Source: an uncultured Spirochaetota bacterium
Lineage (GTDB): Bacteria > Spirochaetota > Spirochaetia > SZUA-6 > Fen-1364
Assembly: GCA_963734545.1 (NCBI GenBank)
Contig: CAVTHO010000009.1
Coordinates: 96,001-160,000, forward strand
DNA: 64,000 nucleotides
Reading direction: 5' to 3'
Both the position numbers and the translations under genes were made by a program. Under the pieces are notes generated by a model, which was given only the letters and a program-made list of their open reading frames with translations, ran no database searches and was not told the DNA's origin. This document shows, one piece after another, positions 33,217 to 47,629 of this stretch; the stretch's first letter is position 1; the number at the start of each line of letters is the position of its first letter.

Positions 33217-34452
33217 TCAGAAATACACTTTCACGTCGAGCGCAACGGAAACGGCCGCAGGCGTGTTGCCGAACTCCGTCCACTTCCCGCCGTGGGCCCA
33301 GTTCACCGTCAGGTCCACCGACGAGTCCTTCACGAACGTCGTGGTGATGCCGCCGCTGCCAAAGAACGAAAGGTCGGTCAGGCTCAGCAGGCAGGATGCC
33401 GTCAGGCCGATCTTGTCGAACACGGGATCTCCATTGTCGGTCACCGTCGGCTGCGTGAGGGAAACGAACAGGTAGTCCGGGGCCTGTCGCCCGGGCCGTC
33501 CGGCCAACTCCCCGGCAAGGACGAGACTGCCCGTGGAGCGCAGGGCCTGGTACACCACGCTCAACTCTCGCCGGGAGAGCCCTTCGGAAAGGTGGTAGTA
33601 CTCTGCAAGGAACGTGGTGCGCACGACAGGGATCTGCGCCGACATGCCTGTCAGGAAGCTGTACGGGAGACCGTGTGCCGTGCCTGTCAGCACGTCGCCG
33701 GGCAGGCCCCCTTCCACAAAGGAGCCATATTTTCCCTTTCCATAGATTGACCCCTCGAACCAGACCTGCAGGGTGTCCCAGCCCGGCACCTCATAGAGGG
33801 GCGCAACCGATGCATTGAGCGCTCCGGTCCAGGACTCGCTCCGGCTCCAGTACCCGGAGAGCGAGAGGTCCGTGCCGGGAATCGCTGACGTGGAGACCTT
33901 GGTGCCAAGGCCGGTCTGGCCCGCCGCGTCGTACAGCACGCCGAAGCTCATGAGCGAGATGGATTTCGTGATGAGCTCCAGCTTGAGCGCAGTGACTCCC
34001 TCCCGTACGGCGCGCATGGCGGTGGGATCTTTCGGCGGATTCACCGGGTCCGAGGGATTGAACACATACCCGGCGCCCCATTTGAGCCTCTGCTTGCCCA
34101 GACGAAGGTAGAGCAGGTCACCGAAGCTGATGTCCGAGTAGAGCTCATTGACCAGGAAGGAAAGCGTCTCCACCTTCGAGTTCGTCAGGTGATCGAGAAC
34201 ATTCGAATCCTGGAAAGTGAAGTCCAGCAGCCCGAGGGTGGTGTACTGCCGGGAAAACGTGAGCTTCCCGTCCACCAGCGCGCCGGCCGTCACCTCGGTG
34301 AAAGGGCCCGGGTAGGCTGATTGCTCGTTCCGGACGTTCATGATGACCTGTCCATCCACGTCGCCGGCGAGCGTGAAGGAGCTCTTCTCCTGGGAGAAGA
34401 GGGAGCCCGCCATGAGGATCATGGCAGCTGACAGAACGATGACGCGTTTCAC
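33217..34452 (-). CDS. Hypothetical exported / outer-membrane beta-barrel-like protein
   Basis: Signal peptide; LRLGKQRLKWG..FNPSD motif; ends in VYF. Confidence 0.7.
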   Translation of the reverse strand: MKRVIVLSAAMILMAGSLFSQEKSSFTLAGDVDGQVIMNVRNEQSAYPGPFTEVTAGALVDGKLTFSRQYTTLGLLDFTFQDSNVLDHLTNSKVETLSFLVNELYSDISFGDLLYLRLGKQRLKWGAGYVFNPSDPVNPPKDPTAMRAVREGVTALKLELITKSISLMSFGVLYDAAGQTGLGTKVSTSAIPGTDLSLSGYWSRSESWTGALNASVAPLYEVPGWDTLQVWFEGSIYGKGKYGSFVEGGLPGDVLTGTAHGLPYSFLTGMSAQIPVVRTTFLAEYYHLSEGLSRRELSVVYQALRSTGSLVLAGELAGRPGRQAPDYLFVSLTQPTVTDNGDPVFDKIGLTASCLLSLTDLSFFGSGGITTTFVKDSSVDLTVNWAHGGKWTEFGNTPAAVSVALDVKVYF

Positions 34453-34477
34453 TCTGTAGTCCTCCCGGGTGCGATTT

Positions 34478-35239
34478 TCAGAAGTCGTAGGGGAAGAGTC
34501 TGCCGGACTCCAGGTATTCTTTCGTGAAGAACTGGTCGGGAACGCTCTTCAAGACGGTGATGTCGTAGATGCGCAGGCTGCTCGTGTCCTCCGGCTTGAG
34601 GGCATCCACGTACTTCATGTCGATCACCTTGATGCGCCCGTCCGCAAGCTCGGCGCCCGTGACAGTGTAGTACTTGAGCACTTTTTCAGACACCGCGTAG
34701 AACGCCTTCTTGATGGTCATGCGGGTGGATTTCTCCACCCATTGCTGGACCAGGCTGTAGGCAAGCTTCCGGTTCTTCGCGCGAAGCTCGAACCGATAGC
34801 ACGCCTTGCCGTCGACGGTCTCCTCTCCCTTGTAGCTCACCGTGTAGTCGAGGTTCGTGTTGAAGCGGGTGAGATCGAGATTCGAGGTCTCTCCGCCCCT
34901 CGCATTGGCCGTGGCCGAGGTCTTCACCACCTTGTTGGTGGTCGCGAAGCGCTGGTAAAAGACGTCCTCGTTGCGCAGGAGGGCGAAGTTCTTCTGGGAA
35001 GCGGGCGCCGTGGCCACCCAGACCACCTTGTTGTCCTTGCGCACGAAGAATCCTTCCGTGGCCCGGTCCCCGCCGCTGGCAAAAGTGTCCACGACAGACA
35101 TCCGGGCCTTGCAGTTCACCGGGAGGTTGACGGCGTCCACGGCGTCGATGTACGCGGCGACGTCGCCCTCGGGAAAGCTTTGCGCCGCAAGGGGCAGCGC
35201 GGCCGCGGCGATCAGGACGAGAAACAGGATCCTCTTCAT
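34478..35239 (-). CDS. Outer-membrane lipoprotein-sorting (LolA-like) protein
   Basis: Signal peptide; GEETVDGKACY..EL, FYAVSEKVLK, VPDQFFTKEYL pattern. Confidence 0.8.
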   Translation of the reverse strand: MKRILFLVLIAAAALPLAAQSFPEGDVAAYIDAVDAVNLPVNCKARMSVVDTFASGGDRATEGFFVRKDNKVVWVATAPASQKNFALLRNEDVFYQRFATTNKVVKTSATANARGGETSNLDLTRFNTNLDYTVSYKGEETVDGKACYRFELRAKNRKLAYSLVQQWVEKSTRMTIKKAFYAVSEKVLKYYTVTGAELADGRIKVIDMKYVDALKPEDTSSLRIYDITVLKSVPDQFFTKEYLESGRLFPYDF

Positions 35240-35267
35240 TGAATTCCTCCGATGGAAATGTCGTGTC

Positions 35268-36485
35268 TCAGCGGTTGGCCATCTGGGCCGCCGCCTGCTG
35301 CTCTGTCTCACGCCCGACCGTGCGGAAGGTGGTTGCGAACAGCAGCAGGAACAAAAGGGCAAGCGGGACGAGCAGGGTCAACCCGTTCAGCGTGAGGCCC
35401 ATGCGGGTCATCCCGAACATGTACTGAAGCATCAGGAGCGGCGGTCTGACGATCCGCGTTTCGAAAATCGCGCTGATCACGCCGACCACGCCGCTGCCCA
35501 GCAGGTACCCGATGAACAGCTCGACAAGGGCCTCTCCGAAAAACAGCATCCGTACCGTTCCCCGGGGAAAACCCAGGGCGCGCAGGGTCCCGATCTCGTC
35601 ACGACGATCGAAGATGTTCGTCAGGATGATCGAGCGGATGCCGATGAGCAGGGCGAGAAAGATGATCATGGCCATGACGCCGAACATGATGATGTTGTTC
35701 GTGCCCAGGCCGAAGAGAAACCGGATGAACTTGTCGTCGCGATAGCCCTTGACCGGAAAATCCTTTACGACGGCGGAGAGATCCTTCACCATGCCGGGAA
35801 TCCCCCGCTCGTCCTTGACGTACACCTTGTAAAAGGGGGAGGCATCGCCCAGCTCGGACATGGTGAGGTAGTCCTGGACCCTGATGGTGATCCCCTCGTC
35901 GTACCACGGCGCGGAGGCCCGATAGATTCCCGTAATCACGAAGTCCATCGCATTGCGGGCGCCGAAGGCCGAAGGGATGAAAACAGTGATGCTGTCCCCG
36001 GTCTTCAGCTTGTACTTGGCTGCCAGCACCGTGGTGATGAGCACACCGTATTCATCCGCGGGTCCGGGGTACGCGCCTGCCACCAGCTCCGTGCCTTTCC
36101 TGTAGGGCTCGTCCGCCTGGAGATCCGTTGCGCTCACCATGACATATGCGCGGGCAGTCCCTGCCTGGATCTCACAATAGCTCAGGACCCAGGGCACCAG
36201 CAGCGCCGTATTGGGACTGGAGGAAAGGTAGTCCCGCGCCGCGCGCGCCTGCGCCGCATAGCTGTCGATGTTTTCCGACTTGAACTCGAAGCCTTCCTTC
36301 TGGGATATCCAGAGATGTCCCGTCCACTTGGCAATGGTGTCTGCCCGTATGTGCGCGGAGGTCCGGGCCCCCAGGGCGAATGCGAACACGAGGACGGCCG
36401 CGCTCAGCGCGCCGGCCGCAATGATAAAGCCGGCCCGCATGGGGCGCTTCATGATATTGTTCACCAGATAGCGGATCAGTTCCAT
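35268..36485 (-). CDS. FtsX/LolE-like ABC permease
   Basis: DRRDEIGTLRALGF motif; large periplasmic domain. Confidence 0.85.
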   Translation of the reverse strand: MELIRYLVNNIMKRPMRAGFIIAAGALSAAVLVFAFALGARTSAHIRADTIAKWTGHLWISQKEGFEFKSENIDSYAAQARAARDYLSSSPNTALLVPWVLSYCEIQAGTARAYVMVSATDLQADEPYRKGTELVAGAYPGPADEYGVLITTVLAAKYKLKTGDSITVFIPSAFGARNAMDFVITGIYRASAPWYDEGITIRVQDYLTMSELGDASPFYKVYVKDERGIPGMVKDLSAVVKDFPVKGYRDDKFIRFLFGLGTNNIIMFGVMAMIIFLALLIGIRSIILTNIFDRRDEIGTLRALGFPRGTVRMLFFGEALVELFIGYLLGSGVVGVISAIFETRIVRPPLLMLQYMFGMTRMGLTLNGLTLLVPLALLFLLLFATTFRTVGRETEQQAAAQMANR

Positions 36486-36490
36486 GGCGG

Positions 36491-37753
36491 CTACCTCTTC
36501 TCCAGGGTGGTCAGGATGGACAGGCGTCCTCCCCGGATGGCGGGGAAGAGGGGGGCCAGCACGGCCACCGCGAGGAATATTCCCCCCACCAGAGCGATCT
36601 TGGCCGCGTGAAATGAGGGGCGGAACCCGTCGCCGATGACGTAGGCAAAAAACGTAAGGCTGTTCTTGACACCGGTGGCATGGAAGAAGGCGATCACGCC
36701 GGCACTTGAAAGGAACCCGAGAATCGCCCCGGCGGCGATGATCAGGAAGCCCTCGAGGGCGAACTGGAGCGTGATGTCCCACCGCGCGAACCCGAGGGCC
36801 CGCATCGTGCCGATTTCGCTGTAGCGCTCCATGATCGAGAACGCAGTGAGCTTCATCACCAGGAGCACGCAGATGGCCAGCAGGATGGACTCCACCGCCT
36901 TCATCATCACGTCGAAACCCAGAACGATCTCGGCGAATATAGGGGCGTACTCGCGCCAGGAGACCACCTTGAGCCGCGGATGGTGTGCCCGCAGCCAGTC
37001 GCCAACCCGGGGCAGGACTTCGTTGGCTGTGCGGGCGTCGTGAAGGAAGCCGACGACCTCGGAGGCGAGGGGCTGCGTGTATCCCACCAGAGTGCGGAAT
37101 CCGGCCAGATCGAAATACAGCCCCGAGAACCCGAAATCGTTCTTGGGCATTGTCCTGAAGTCGATACCTCCTTTGACCGTGACGAACCGATCCACGAACT
37201 CCCCTTCCCGATTGGGCAGCAGGAACACGTAGCGACTGCCGACGTCCACCGTCTTGTCACGCTCGTAGTCCATCCAGGTCGCCGCGCACACGGCGGGTTC
37301 TCCCGCCTCGACGCGGAATCCCTTTGCATAGTACAGGTCGGTGAAATTGCGATCGAATGTCGCCATTTCCATCGCCACTCCCTGGAAGCCTTTCTCCGCA
37401 TCATTTGCGCCAAAGAGAAGGCCGCTGAACACGATCCTCTCCTGGGAGCCGCTCACCTCGGGCAGACCAGCGAGGAACTGCTTCACCGAGGCGATCTCCT
37501 CGGGCTGGAGCATCTCTTCCGGCTCATAGTGGTAGTAGCCGAACGTGTTCTTCGTCTCGATGTCCTTCCCGAGCACCCGGAAATGACCTGAGAAGGACCG
37601 GCCGAACATGTCGGACTGCTTTTGGGAAATATCCTCGCTGATGTTCTCAAAGAGGAAGGTGAGGAAGGACCCGAAAAGGGCGATGAGGAGGAGGACCCGT
37701 GTGCGCCAGCCATGGCGTCCGAGGTTCTTGATGCAGAGCTGGAGCCGCTCCAT
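36491..37753 (-). CDS. FtsX/LolC-like ABC permease
   Basis: ERYSEIGTMRALGF; C-terminal FPAIRGGRL. Confidence 0.85.
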   Translation of the reverse strand: MERLQLCIKNLGRHGWRTRVLLLIALFGSFLTFLFENISEDISQKQSDMFGRSFSGHFRVLGKDIETKNTFGYYHYEPEEMLQPEEIASVKQFLAGLPEVSGSQERIVFSGLLFGANDAEKGFQGVAMEMATFDRNFTDLYYAKGFRVEAGEPAVCAATWMDYERDKTVDVGSRYVFLLPNREGEFVDRFVTVKGGIDFRTMPKNDFGFSGLYFDLAGFRTLVGYTQPLASEVVGFLHDARTANEVLPRVGDWLRAHHPRLKVVSWREYAPIFAEIVLGFDVMMKAVESILLAICVLLVMKLTAFSIMERYSEIGTMRALGFARWDITLQFALEGFLIIAAGAILGFLSSAGVIAFFHATGVKNSLTFFAYVIGDGFRPSFHAAKIALVGGIFLAVAVLAPLFPAIRGGRLSILTTLEKR

Positions 37754-38430
37754 CACGCTGCCTCGACCTGGCCGTCGTGCAGACGGATGACGCGCGCGGC
37801 CCGGCGCATGACGCTGGGATCGTGCGAGGAGAAGATGAAAGTCGTGCCCCGGCTCTTGTTGATGCTCTCCATGAGCTGGAGGACCTCGTCTCCCGTGCCT
37901 GAGTCGAGGTTGGCCGTGGGCTCGTCGGCAAGCACGATCAGCGGGTGCGTCACCAGGGCGCGGGCAATTGCCACGCGCTGGCGCTGGCCGCCGGAAAGCT
38001 CGAAGGGCTTGTGACGAAGGTGATCCGCCAGCCCGACTGCGCTCACGAGCTCCATCACGCGCTCGTGCTTCTCCTCCTTCGACAGCTCGCGATGAAGGAT
38101 GAGGGGAAGACGGACGTTCTCATACACGTCGAGCACGGGCAGGAGATTGAAGGACTGGAAGATGAATCCCAGGGTCCTGTTGCGGTACCGGGTGCGGAGG
38201 GCCTCCGACAGCGCCTGGATATCCTCACCTGCCACCTGGACCGTTCCGCCTGTGGGTGAGTCGATCAGGCCGATCATGTTGAGCAGCGTCGTCTTGCCGC
38301 TTCCCGACGGCCCTGCAACGCATACGAAGGAGCCGCTCTTTATGTCCAGGTCTATGCTTTTCAGAGCACGGACAACGGTTTTGCCGAGATGGTAGTCTTT
38401 GGAGAGCTTGCTGATGGTAATTCCGTTCAT
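37753..38430 (-). CDS. LolD/MacB-type ABC ATPase
   Basis: GPSGSGKTT, GFIFQSFNL, LSGGQRQRVAIARAL, LADEPTANLD. Confidence 0.95.
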   Translation of the reverse strand: MNGITISKLSKDYHLGKTVVRALKSIDLDIKSGSFVCVAGPSGSGKTTLLNMIGLIDSPTGGTVQVAGEDIQALSEALRTRYRNRTLGFIFQSFNLLPVLDVYENVRLPLILHRELSKEEKHERVMELVSAVGLADHLRHKPFELSGGQRQRVAIARALVTHPLIVLADEPTANLDSGTGDEVLQLMESINKSRGTTFIFSSHDPSVMRRAARVIRLHDGQVEAA

Positions 38431-38465
38431 ACAGACCTTCCTTGCCATTAATCAATTTGAATCGT

Positions 38466-38494
38466 AGGCTAATTGTTTAAAGTTTAATTGTCAA
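38466..38494 (-). promoter_or_regulatory. Sigma70 promoter inside an AT-rich patch, driving the export operon
   Basis: TTGACA-N17-TAGCCT, followed by AAGGAAGG RBS. Confidence 0.7.
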
Positions 38495-38637
38495 TATCTT
38501 TTAATAAATTAATTTTCTATTGATTTATTTAACCTCTATCTAGCTTTCTAGTCATATTCACTCTTATAACACCAGTCGAATCCCTGTTGTATACCATGCG
38601 GAAGTCGAATTTCATGAGTGTGAAAGGCCGGGCGGAA

Positions 38638-40087
38638 TCAGGTTCTGGGCTGCGGGGTGATGCTGATAACGTGCGCCGCTGACTCGCGCAGAGGTTCGCT
38701 CAGGCGGATATGGATGTCCCTGCCTTCCTCGAACCAGGTAACATAGCTGAGTGAGCCGAGGATCCTGACTCCCGCGTAGGGCAGAAAGCGGAGGGCCGGG
38801 AAGCACGATTGTCCGGCCGGCGGGCGTGCCCAGGAGAATCGCGTAGACGGTCATTCCCTTGCCGGTGTAGCGCACTTCGATGCCCTCTTCGGTGACGCTG
38901 TCGGCATCCCCCCAGGGACGCGTGCCGAATATCGCCTCGCCGTTCACTTTCAGCCAATCCCCGAGCCCCCTCAGCCTTGCCCGCTGCGCCGCGGAGAGTG
39001 AGCCGTCCGCCCCGGGCCCGACGCCGAGCAGCAGATTGCCGCCGCGGGCAACCACGTCCACAAGAAGACGCACCAGCGCGGGGACGGAGAGCATGTTCTC
39101 CTCTTTCTCCTCGGTCGTGCAGCCGAAGGAAAATCCCAGGCCCCGGACGCATTCCCACTTGCCGATGCCTGCGCTCGGGGCAGCCGCGTACTCGAGGGTG
39201 CGGACATCCGCGTGAGCCCCGGGGGGAGCAGCCATGCGCCGCTTCGGCTCCCCGCGGGGCCGGGGAGCAAACAGCCGCGCGAGCGCCATGGCGGCCCGGT
39301 GAGGAATGCTGCGCGATTCACCCAGGTCCGAGTGGCCGAACCTGTCATTGATCACGCCGTCAGGCACCGCGTCATAGTAAAGTGAGAGAAGCTTCCGAAG
39401 GTCCTCGCCCCGGGGACTGCCGATGTCGTTCCAGAGGATCGAAGGCTTGTACCGTGCAATCAGCTCGCGCCAGTGTGCATCCACGTAGGCCGCGTAGCCG
39501 CGCGCCCGCGGGGTTGCGGACACGAGGTCCTCCAGGTTCCGGATGGGTGTTCCTCCGAACGTCCAATCCAGACCGCCTGAATAGTACACGCCCAGGCGCA
39601 GTCCGCTCTCGCGCGCGGCGGAGGCCGTCTCACCTATGATGTCGCGGGAGAGCTGCCAGCCCCGCTTGCGCGGATTGCGCCGGCGCGCGGGCCACATCAG
39701 GAAACCGTCATGGGGCTTTGCCGTGACAACCAGGTAGCGCGCGCGGCACGACAGGATCGGCTCGATCCATGGGAAGGGTCCCAGTCCTTCATCCCCTGCC
39801 GGAATGTCCGTGCAAAGGCGTCATACCGCGCGAGACGGCCCCACTTTGCCCGGTGGTGCTGCTGGGTGGGGCTGCCGGAGATGAGCATGCTGTTGGCGTA
39901 CCATTCGGCGTAAGGGTTGTTGGCGAACCAGTACTCCCAGCCGTGCTCATCGATCACGCGGGGAAGCTCACCCGTGGGCGGCGCCCACGCCGGGACCGCG
40001 TACGGGCCCCAGATGGACGATGATCCCCAGCTTTGCGTCGTCGTACCAGTCCGGCACGGGACGCGCCGCGAACAATTCCAGGCTCAC
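38638..40087 (-). CDS. Alpha-L-fucosidase (GH29), several frameshifts
   Basis: PVPDWYDDAKLGIIVHWG, NPYAEWY, GVYYSGGLDW, LWNDI nucleophile, NDRF, WECVRGLGFSF, GGNLLL. Confidence 0.85.
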
Positions 40088-40190
40088 GAGTTGGTGCCCA
40101 TGGGCGGCCTACCGTCCCAGTCTACGGGCCTCCCGCCTACGGGCGTGCCGTCGCGTACGTCCCGTACTCGTCGGCCCTCGCCGTCCATGG

Positions 40191-43926
<3,736 letters not shown>

Positions 43927-44934
43927 TCACCACTGCTGCTCTGCGATGGCCATGATCTCCCGCGGCGTCGCCGTACCCGTCATGAACAGCTTCTGCACGG
44001 TCACGCCCGCGGCAAAAGTACCGAGCATTGCCGCTTCCCAGGGGTCAGCGCCCGCGGCAAGGCCGGCGGCAATTCCGGCAGTCGCGCTGTCACCTGCTCC
44101 CACGGTATCGACAGGGCCCGGGATCCGAGGCGCGGGCACTTCCTGCGTGCCGCGTGCGTCCTGCACGAGAATGCCGCGCGCGCCGCGCGTGAGAAAGATC
44201 GTTTTTTCCCAGCGTCGGAACAGGATTTCCGCGGCGCGCGCGGCCACGGCCAGGGGAACCGGGTCCGCAGACACCCACCGCTCCCCGCACAGCCTGAGCG
44301 TCTCACGGTCGCTGAGCTTCCGCATCGCCCCCGCGTAGCTGTCGCTGAAGTGTCTGCTGTCGCAGAGGAAAGGGATGGCCGCTCGGGTGGCTGCTGCGGC
44401 AAGCGACTGCCGGAACTCCTCCGTGTGGATGCCCTTCAGGAGCTGCTGGTTGATGATGACCAGGTCGAGGGAGGCAAGCGATTCGCGCAGAGCCCGCAGG
44501 AGATCGCGCGCCGTGTCCGCGTGCAGCACGTTGGCATTTCCGAGATCGATCCTGCCCTGTTCCTGCTCCTCTTCGATGGGCTTGATGTAGACCGGCGTGT
44601 CCCAATCGCGCTCCTGCGCGAGGATCCCGCCGGTGTCCGCTGCCGAAGCGCCGAGGATGCGCAGCATCTCCCGTCCGAATGGATCGCTGCCCGCTATTCC
44701 GAACGCGCTCACGCGCTCCACGCCCATTGCCAGGAGATTGCTCACCACGTTGCCCGCGCCTCCCAGGGAGTAGCGCGGGTGCCGGACCGCACGGGTAGAC
44801 AACCCGGTCTCCACGGAGGTCTCCGAGAGCGACGAATCCATGGTCCAGTATGCATCGAGGCAGAAATCCCCGATCACACCGACACGCGCACGACGGATAT
44901 CGTCGAGAAGCTTTTCCAGGCGGTCTCTTGTCAT
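43927..44934 (-). CDS. PfkB-family kinase, RfaE/HldE domain I-like
   Basis: VIGDFCLDAYW, LGGAGNV, TRGARG, DTVGAGDS. Confidence 0.88.
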   Translation of the reverse strand: MTRDRLEKLLDDIRRARVGVIGDFCLDAYWTMDSSLSETSVETGLSTRAVRHPRYSLGGAGNVVSNLLAMGVERVSAFGIAGSDPFGREMLRILGASAADTGGILAQERDWDTPVYIKPIEEEQEQGRIDLGNANVLHADTARDLLRALRESLASLDLVIINQQLLKGIHTEEFRQSLAAAATRAAIPFLCDSRHFSDSYAGAMRKLSDRETLRLCGERWVSADPVPLAVAARAAEILFRRWEKTIFLTRGARGILVQDARGTQEVPAPRIPGPVDTVGAGDSATAGIAAGLAAGADPWEAAMLGTFAAGVTVQKLFMTGTATPREIMAIAEQQW

Positions 44935-45049
44935 GCCGGGCCGCAGTTTAGACAAGCCGCGCACCGTCATCAAGGACTGGAAAGGCCAGGGCTCTTCTCT
45001 TATACTGGCGCGTCGCCGCGGCGTTCGCCGATCGAATGAAAGGATGCAA

Positions 45050-46207
45050 ATGGTCGCAACCATCGTTCTGGCACTGTTCTTCGTACTCTTCCCGGCCCTC
45101 ATCATCTGGCTGGGAGAGAAGAGGTTCGCTCTCGTGGACAGGATCGGGGCGGTGGTGATCTGCTACGCGGCAGGGCTCATCCTGGGCAATATCGGGATCC
45201 TGCCGAAGGGGGCCGCCGCGGTGCAGGACATCACCACGACCATCGCGATACCGCTCGCGCTGCCGCTCATGTTTTTCTCTCTGGACGTGGGCGCGTGGGC
45301 GCGCTCCAGCGGCAGGGCGCTTCTCGCGTTCGGGCTGGAAGTCGTTGCGGTCGTCGTCGTTTCCATTGCAGGCTTCTTCGTCTTCAAGGGAGTGATCGGG
45401 CCTGAAACGGCGAAGCTCACGGGGATGCTCAACGGCGTGTACACCGGCGGGACAATCAACCTTGCCGCAATCGGGACAGCCCTCCGGGTGAGCCCCACCC
45501 TCTATGTCGCGGCCAATACATCCGACATCGTGATCTCGGGCCTGTACCTCCTCTTTCTCGTCACGATCGGACAGAGGGCCATCGGTATTCTTCTTCCCGC
45601 CTGGAAGAAATCCGCCGCCGGCCCCGCGCAGATGGCGGTCGAGGAATGGGGCTCGTACAAGGGCTTCTTCTCCCGGGAGAGGTTCCCTCCCCTGGTCGTT
45701 TCATTCGGTCTCGCGCTGCTCATCTTCGCGATCGGCGCGGTCTTCAGCCTGCTCCTGCCGGGACAATGGGGCACGATCGTGACGATCCTGGTCATCACCT
45801 CGCTGGGCATCGCGGCCTCCTTCATCGCGCCGATCCGGCGCATCCGCATGACCTACCAGCTCGGCCACTATTTCATCCTTGTGTTCTGCCTCGTGGTGGG
45901 GTCCATGGCGGACCTGAGCAGGCTCCTTTCGGTGATCCCCGGTGTCATCGGCTATGTCAGCGTGGCGATATTCGGCTCTCTCATTGTGCACCTGCTGCTG
46001 TGCGCGATCTTCCGCATCGACACAGATACGATGATCATTACCTCGGTTGCCGGGATCTGCTCGCCCCCGTTTGTGCCGATGGTGGCAGCAGCGCTCAAGA
46101 ACCGCGACATCATTATGCCGGGTGTCATCACGGGAATCATCGGCTGGGTGACCGGCACGTATCTCGGCATAGGCGTGTCCACCGTCCTTTCCGCGCTGGT
46201 GCATTGA
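45050..46207 (+). CDS. DUF819-family membrane protein
   Basis: GVYTGGTINLAAI, ITSVAGICSPPFVP; about 11 TM segments. Confidence 0.8.
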   Translation: MVATIVLALFFVLFPALIIWLGEKRFALVDRIGAVVICYAAGLILGNIGILPKGAAAVQDITTTIAIPLALPLMFFSLDVGAWARSSGRALLAFGLEVVAVVVVSIAGFFVFKGVIGPETAKLTGMLNGVYTGGTINLAAIGTALRVSPTLYVAANTSDIVISGLYLLFLVTIGQRAIGILLPAWKKSAAGPAQMAVEEWGSYKGFFSRERFPPLVVSFGLALLIFAIGAVFSLLLPGQWGTIVTILVITSLGIAASFIAPIRRIRMTYQLGHYFILVFCLVVGSMADLSRLLSVIPGVIGYVSVAIFGSLIVHLLLCAIFRIDTDTMIITSVAGICSPPFVPMVAAALKNRDIIMPGVITGIIGWVTGTYLGIGVSTVLSALVH

Positions 46208-46208
46208 C

Positions 46209-47618
46209 ATGACATACCAGGAGATACTCGAGCGCACACGGGCCCTTGCCGCGCGTCCGGTCCGCAGGCTGGACCAGGGGAAACGCGCCGCGTTCATGAG
46301 CGGGTTCACTGCCCGGACCAGCGGTTCGGCCCGGCTCTTCGAGAAGGCGGGAAAAGTGCTTCCGCGGGGAAGCGGCCACGCGTGGACGCCCCATGTCCCC
46401 TATCCATTGTACATGGACCACGGGAAGGGAAGCCGGTTATGGGACGTGGACGGAAACGAGTACGTCGACTATGTGCTGGCCGGAGGGCCCCTCATCCTGG
46501 GGCACAACCACGAGGGCCTGCGCCGGAGCATGCTCGACCTGATCTCCCGGCGGACGTACTTCCACGGATTTCACGACGAGATGGAGCTCAAGGCGGCGGA
46601 AAAAATCATCCGCCATTTCCCCGGCATAGAGAAGGTGCGATTCACCTGTTCGGGCACCGAGGCAAACGCGGCGGCGGCGAGGATCGCCCGGTCCTTCACC
46701 GGCAGGAAGAAGATCGCCAAATACCTGGCGGGCTACCACGGGTGGAGCGACCAGTTCATGACGGACATGGAGGTGCCCGGCAGCGGACGCTTCATTTCCC
46801 AGGGAGTGCCGGGTGAGATCCTCGACCTGACCGTGCTCGTGCCGCCGAATGACCTCGACGCGCTGGACAAGGCGCTTGCGCAGCACGATTCCGACGGCGG
46901 CGTGGCGGCCGTGTTCTGCGAGCCTGTCGGCGGAGAGTCGGGTCTCGTGCCCTTTGCGGAAGGCTTCCACGCGGCCGCCATGGAGATTGCCCACCGGCAT
47001 GGTGCGCTCTATGTCTTTGACGAGGTGGTGACCGGTCTCCGCATGGGTCTCGGCGGGGCGCAGGGAGTCCTCGGCGTCAAGCCGGACCTCACCACGCTGG
47101 GAAAGGCGCTCATGGGCGGGTGGCCGTCCTGCGGCGCGGTCTGCGGCAGCGCAGAGGTCATGGAAACCGCCTGCACGGGAGTGATCCCCGACGGGCGGCC
47201 GTTCGCCTACATTGCGGGGACCCTGCCGGGAAACACCCTCTCGGCGGCTGCCGCGTATTACACGATCGGGGAGCTGGAGAAGCCGGGGGTCGTGGAGCGC
47301 ATGCTCGCCGCGGCCGCCGACTACGTGGACAAGCTGAACGCGCTGTTCGCCGCCCGGCGGTGCGGCTTTTTTGCGTACAACTTCGGCGGTATCATCCGTA
47401 TCGAGATGACCTCGCCGCACGGAGTTCCCCTGACCCGGCCCGAGGCAATGCAGGAGATCATACGGCGGCGGGCGACGCTGGAGGAGTACTCATTCATTCT
47501 CCACGCCCAGGGCGTGCTCACGTGCAACGGAAGGGACATGGTGTCCTGCAGTCACTCCGCGCAGGACAATGACAAGGCCGTCGAGGCATTCTCGTCCCTG
47601 GTCGATTCGCTCGAGTAG
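46209..47618 (+). CDS. Class III PLP aminotransferase (GSA-aminomutase-like)
   Basis: WDVDGNEYVD, SGTEA, YHG, FDEVVTG, DLTTLGK. Confidence 0.9.
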   Translation: MTYQEILERTRALAARPVRRLDQGKRAAFMSGFTARTSGSARLFEKAGKVLPRGSGHAWTPHVPYPLYMDHGKGSRLWDVDGNEYVDYVLAGGPLILGHNHEGLRRSMLDLISRRTYFHGFHDEMELKAAEKIIRHFPGIEKVRFTCSGTEANAAAARIARSFTGRKKIAKYLAGYHGWSDQFMTDMEVPGSGRFISQGVPGEILDLTVLVPPNDLDALDKALAQHDSDGGVAAVFCEPVGGESGLVPFAEGFHAAAMEIAHRHGALYVFDEVVTGLRMGLGGAQGVLGVKPDLTTLGKALMGGWPSCGAVCGSAEVMETACTGVIPDGRPFAYIAGTLPGNTLSAAAAYYTIGELEKPGVVERMLAAAADYVDKLNALFAARRCGFFAYNFGGIIRIEMTSPHGVPLTRPEAMQEIIRRRATLEEYSFILHAQGVLTCNGRDMVSCSHSAQDNDKAVEAFSSLVDSLE

Positions 47619-47629
47619 GAGGCTCCCGC

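Noticed and set aside
46209-47618. Calling this gene hemL
   Set aside because: Divergent motifs and no tetrapyrrole context.
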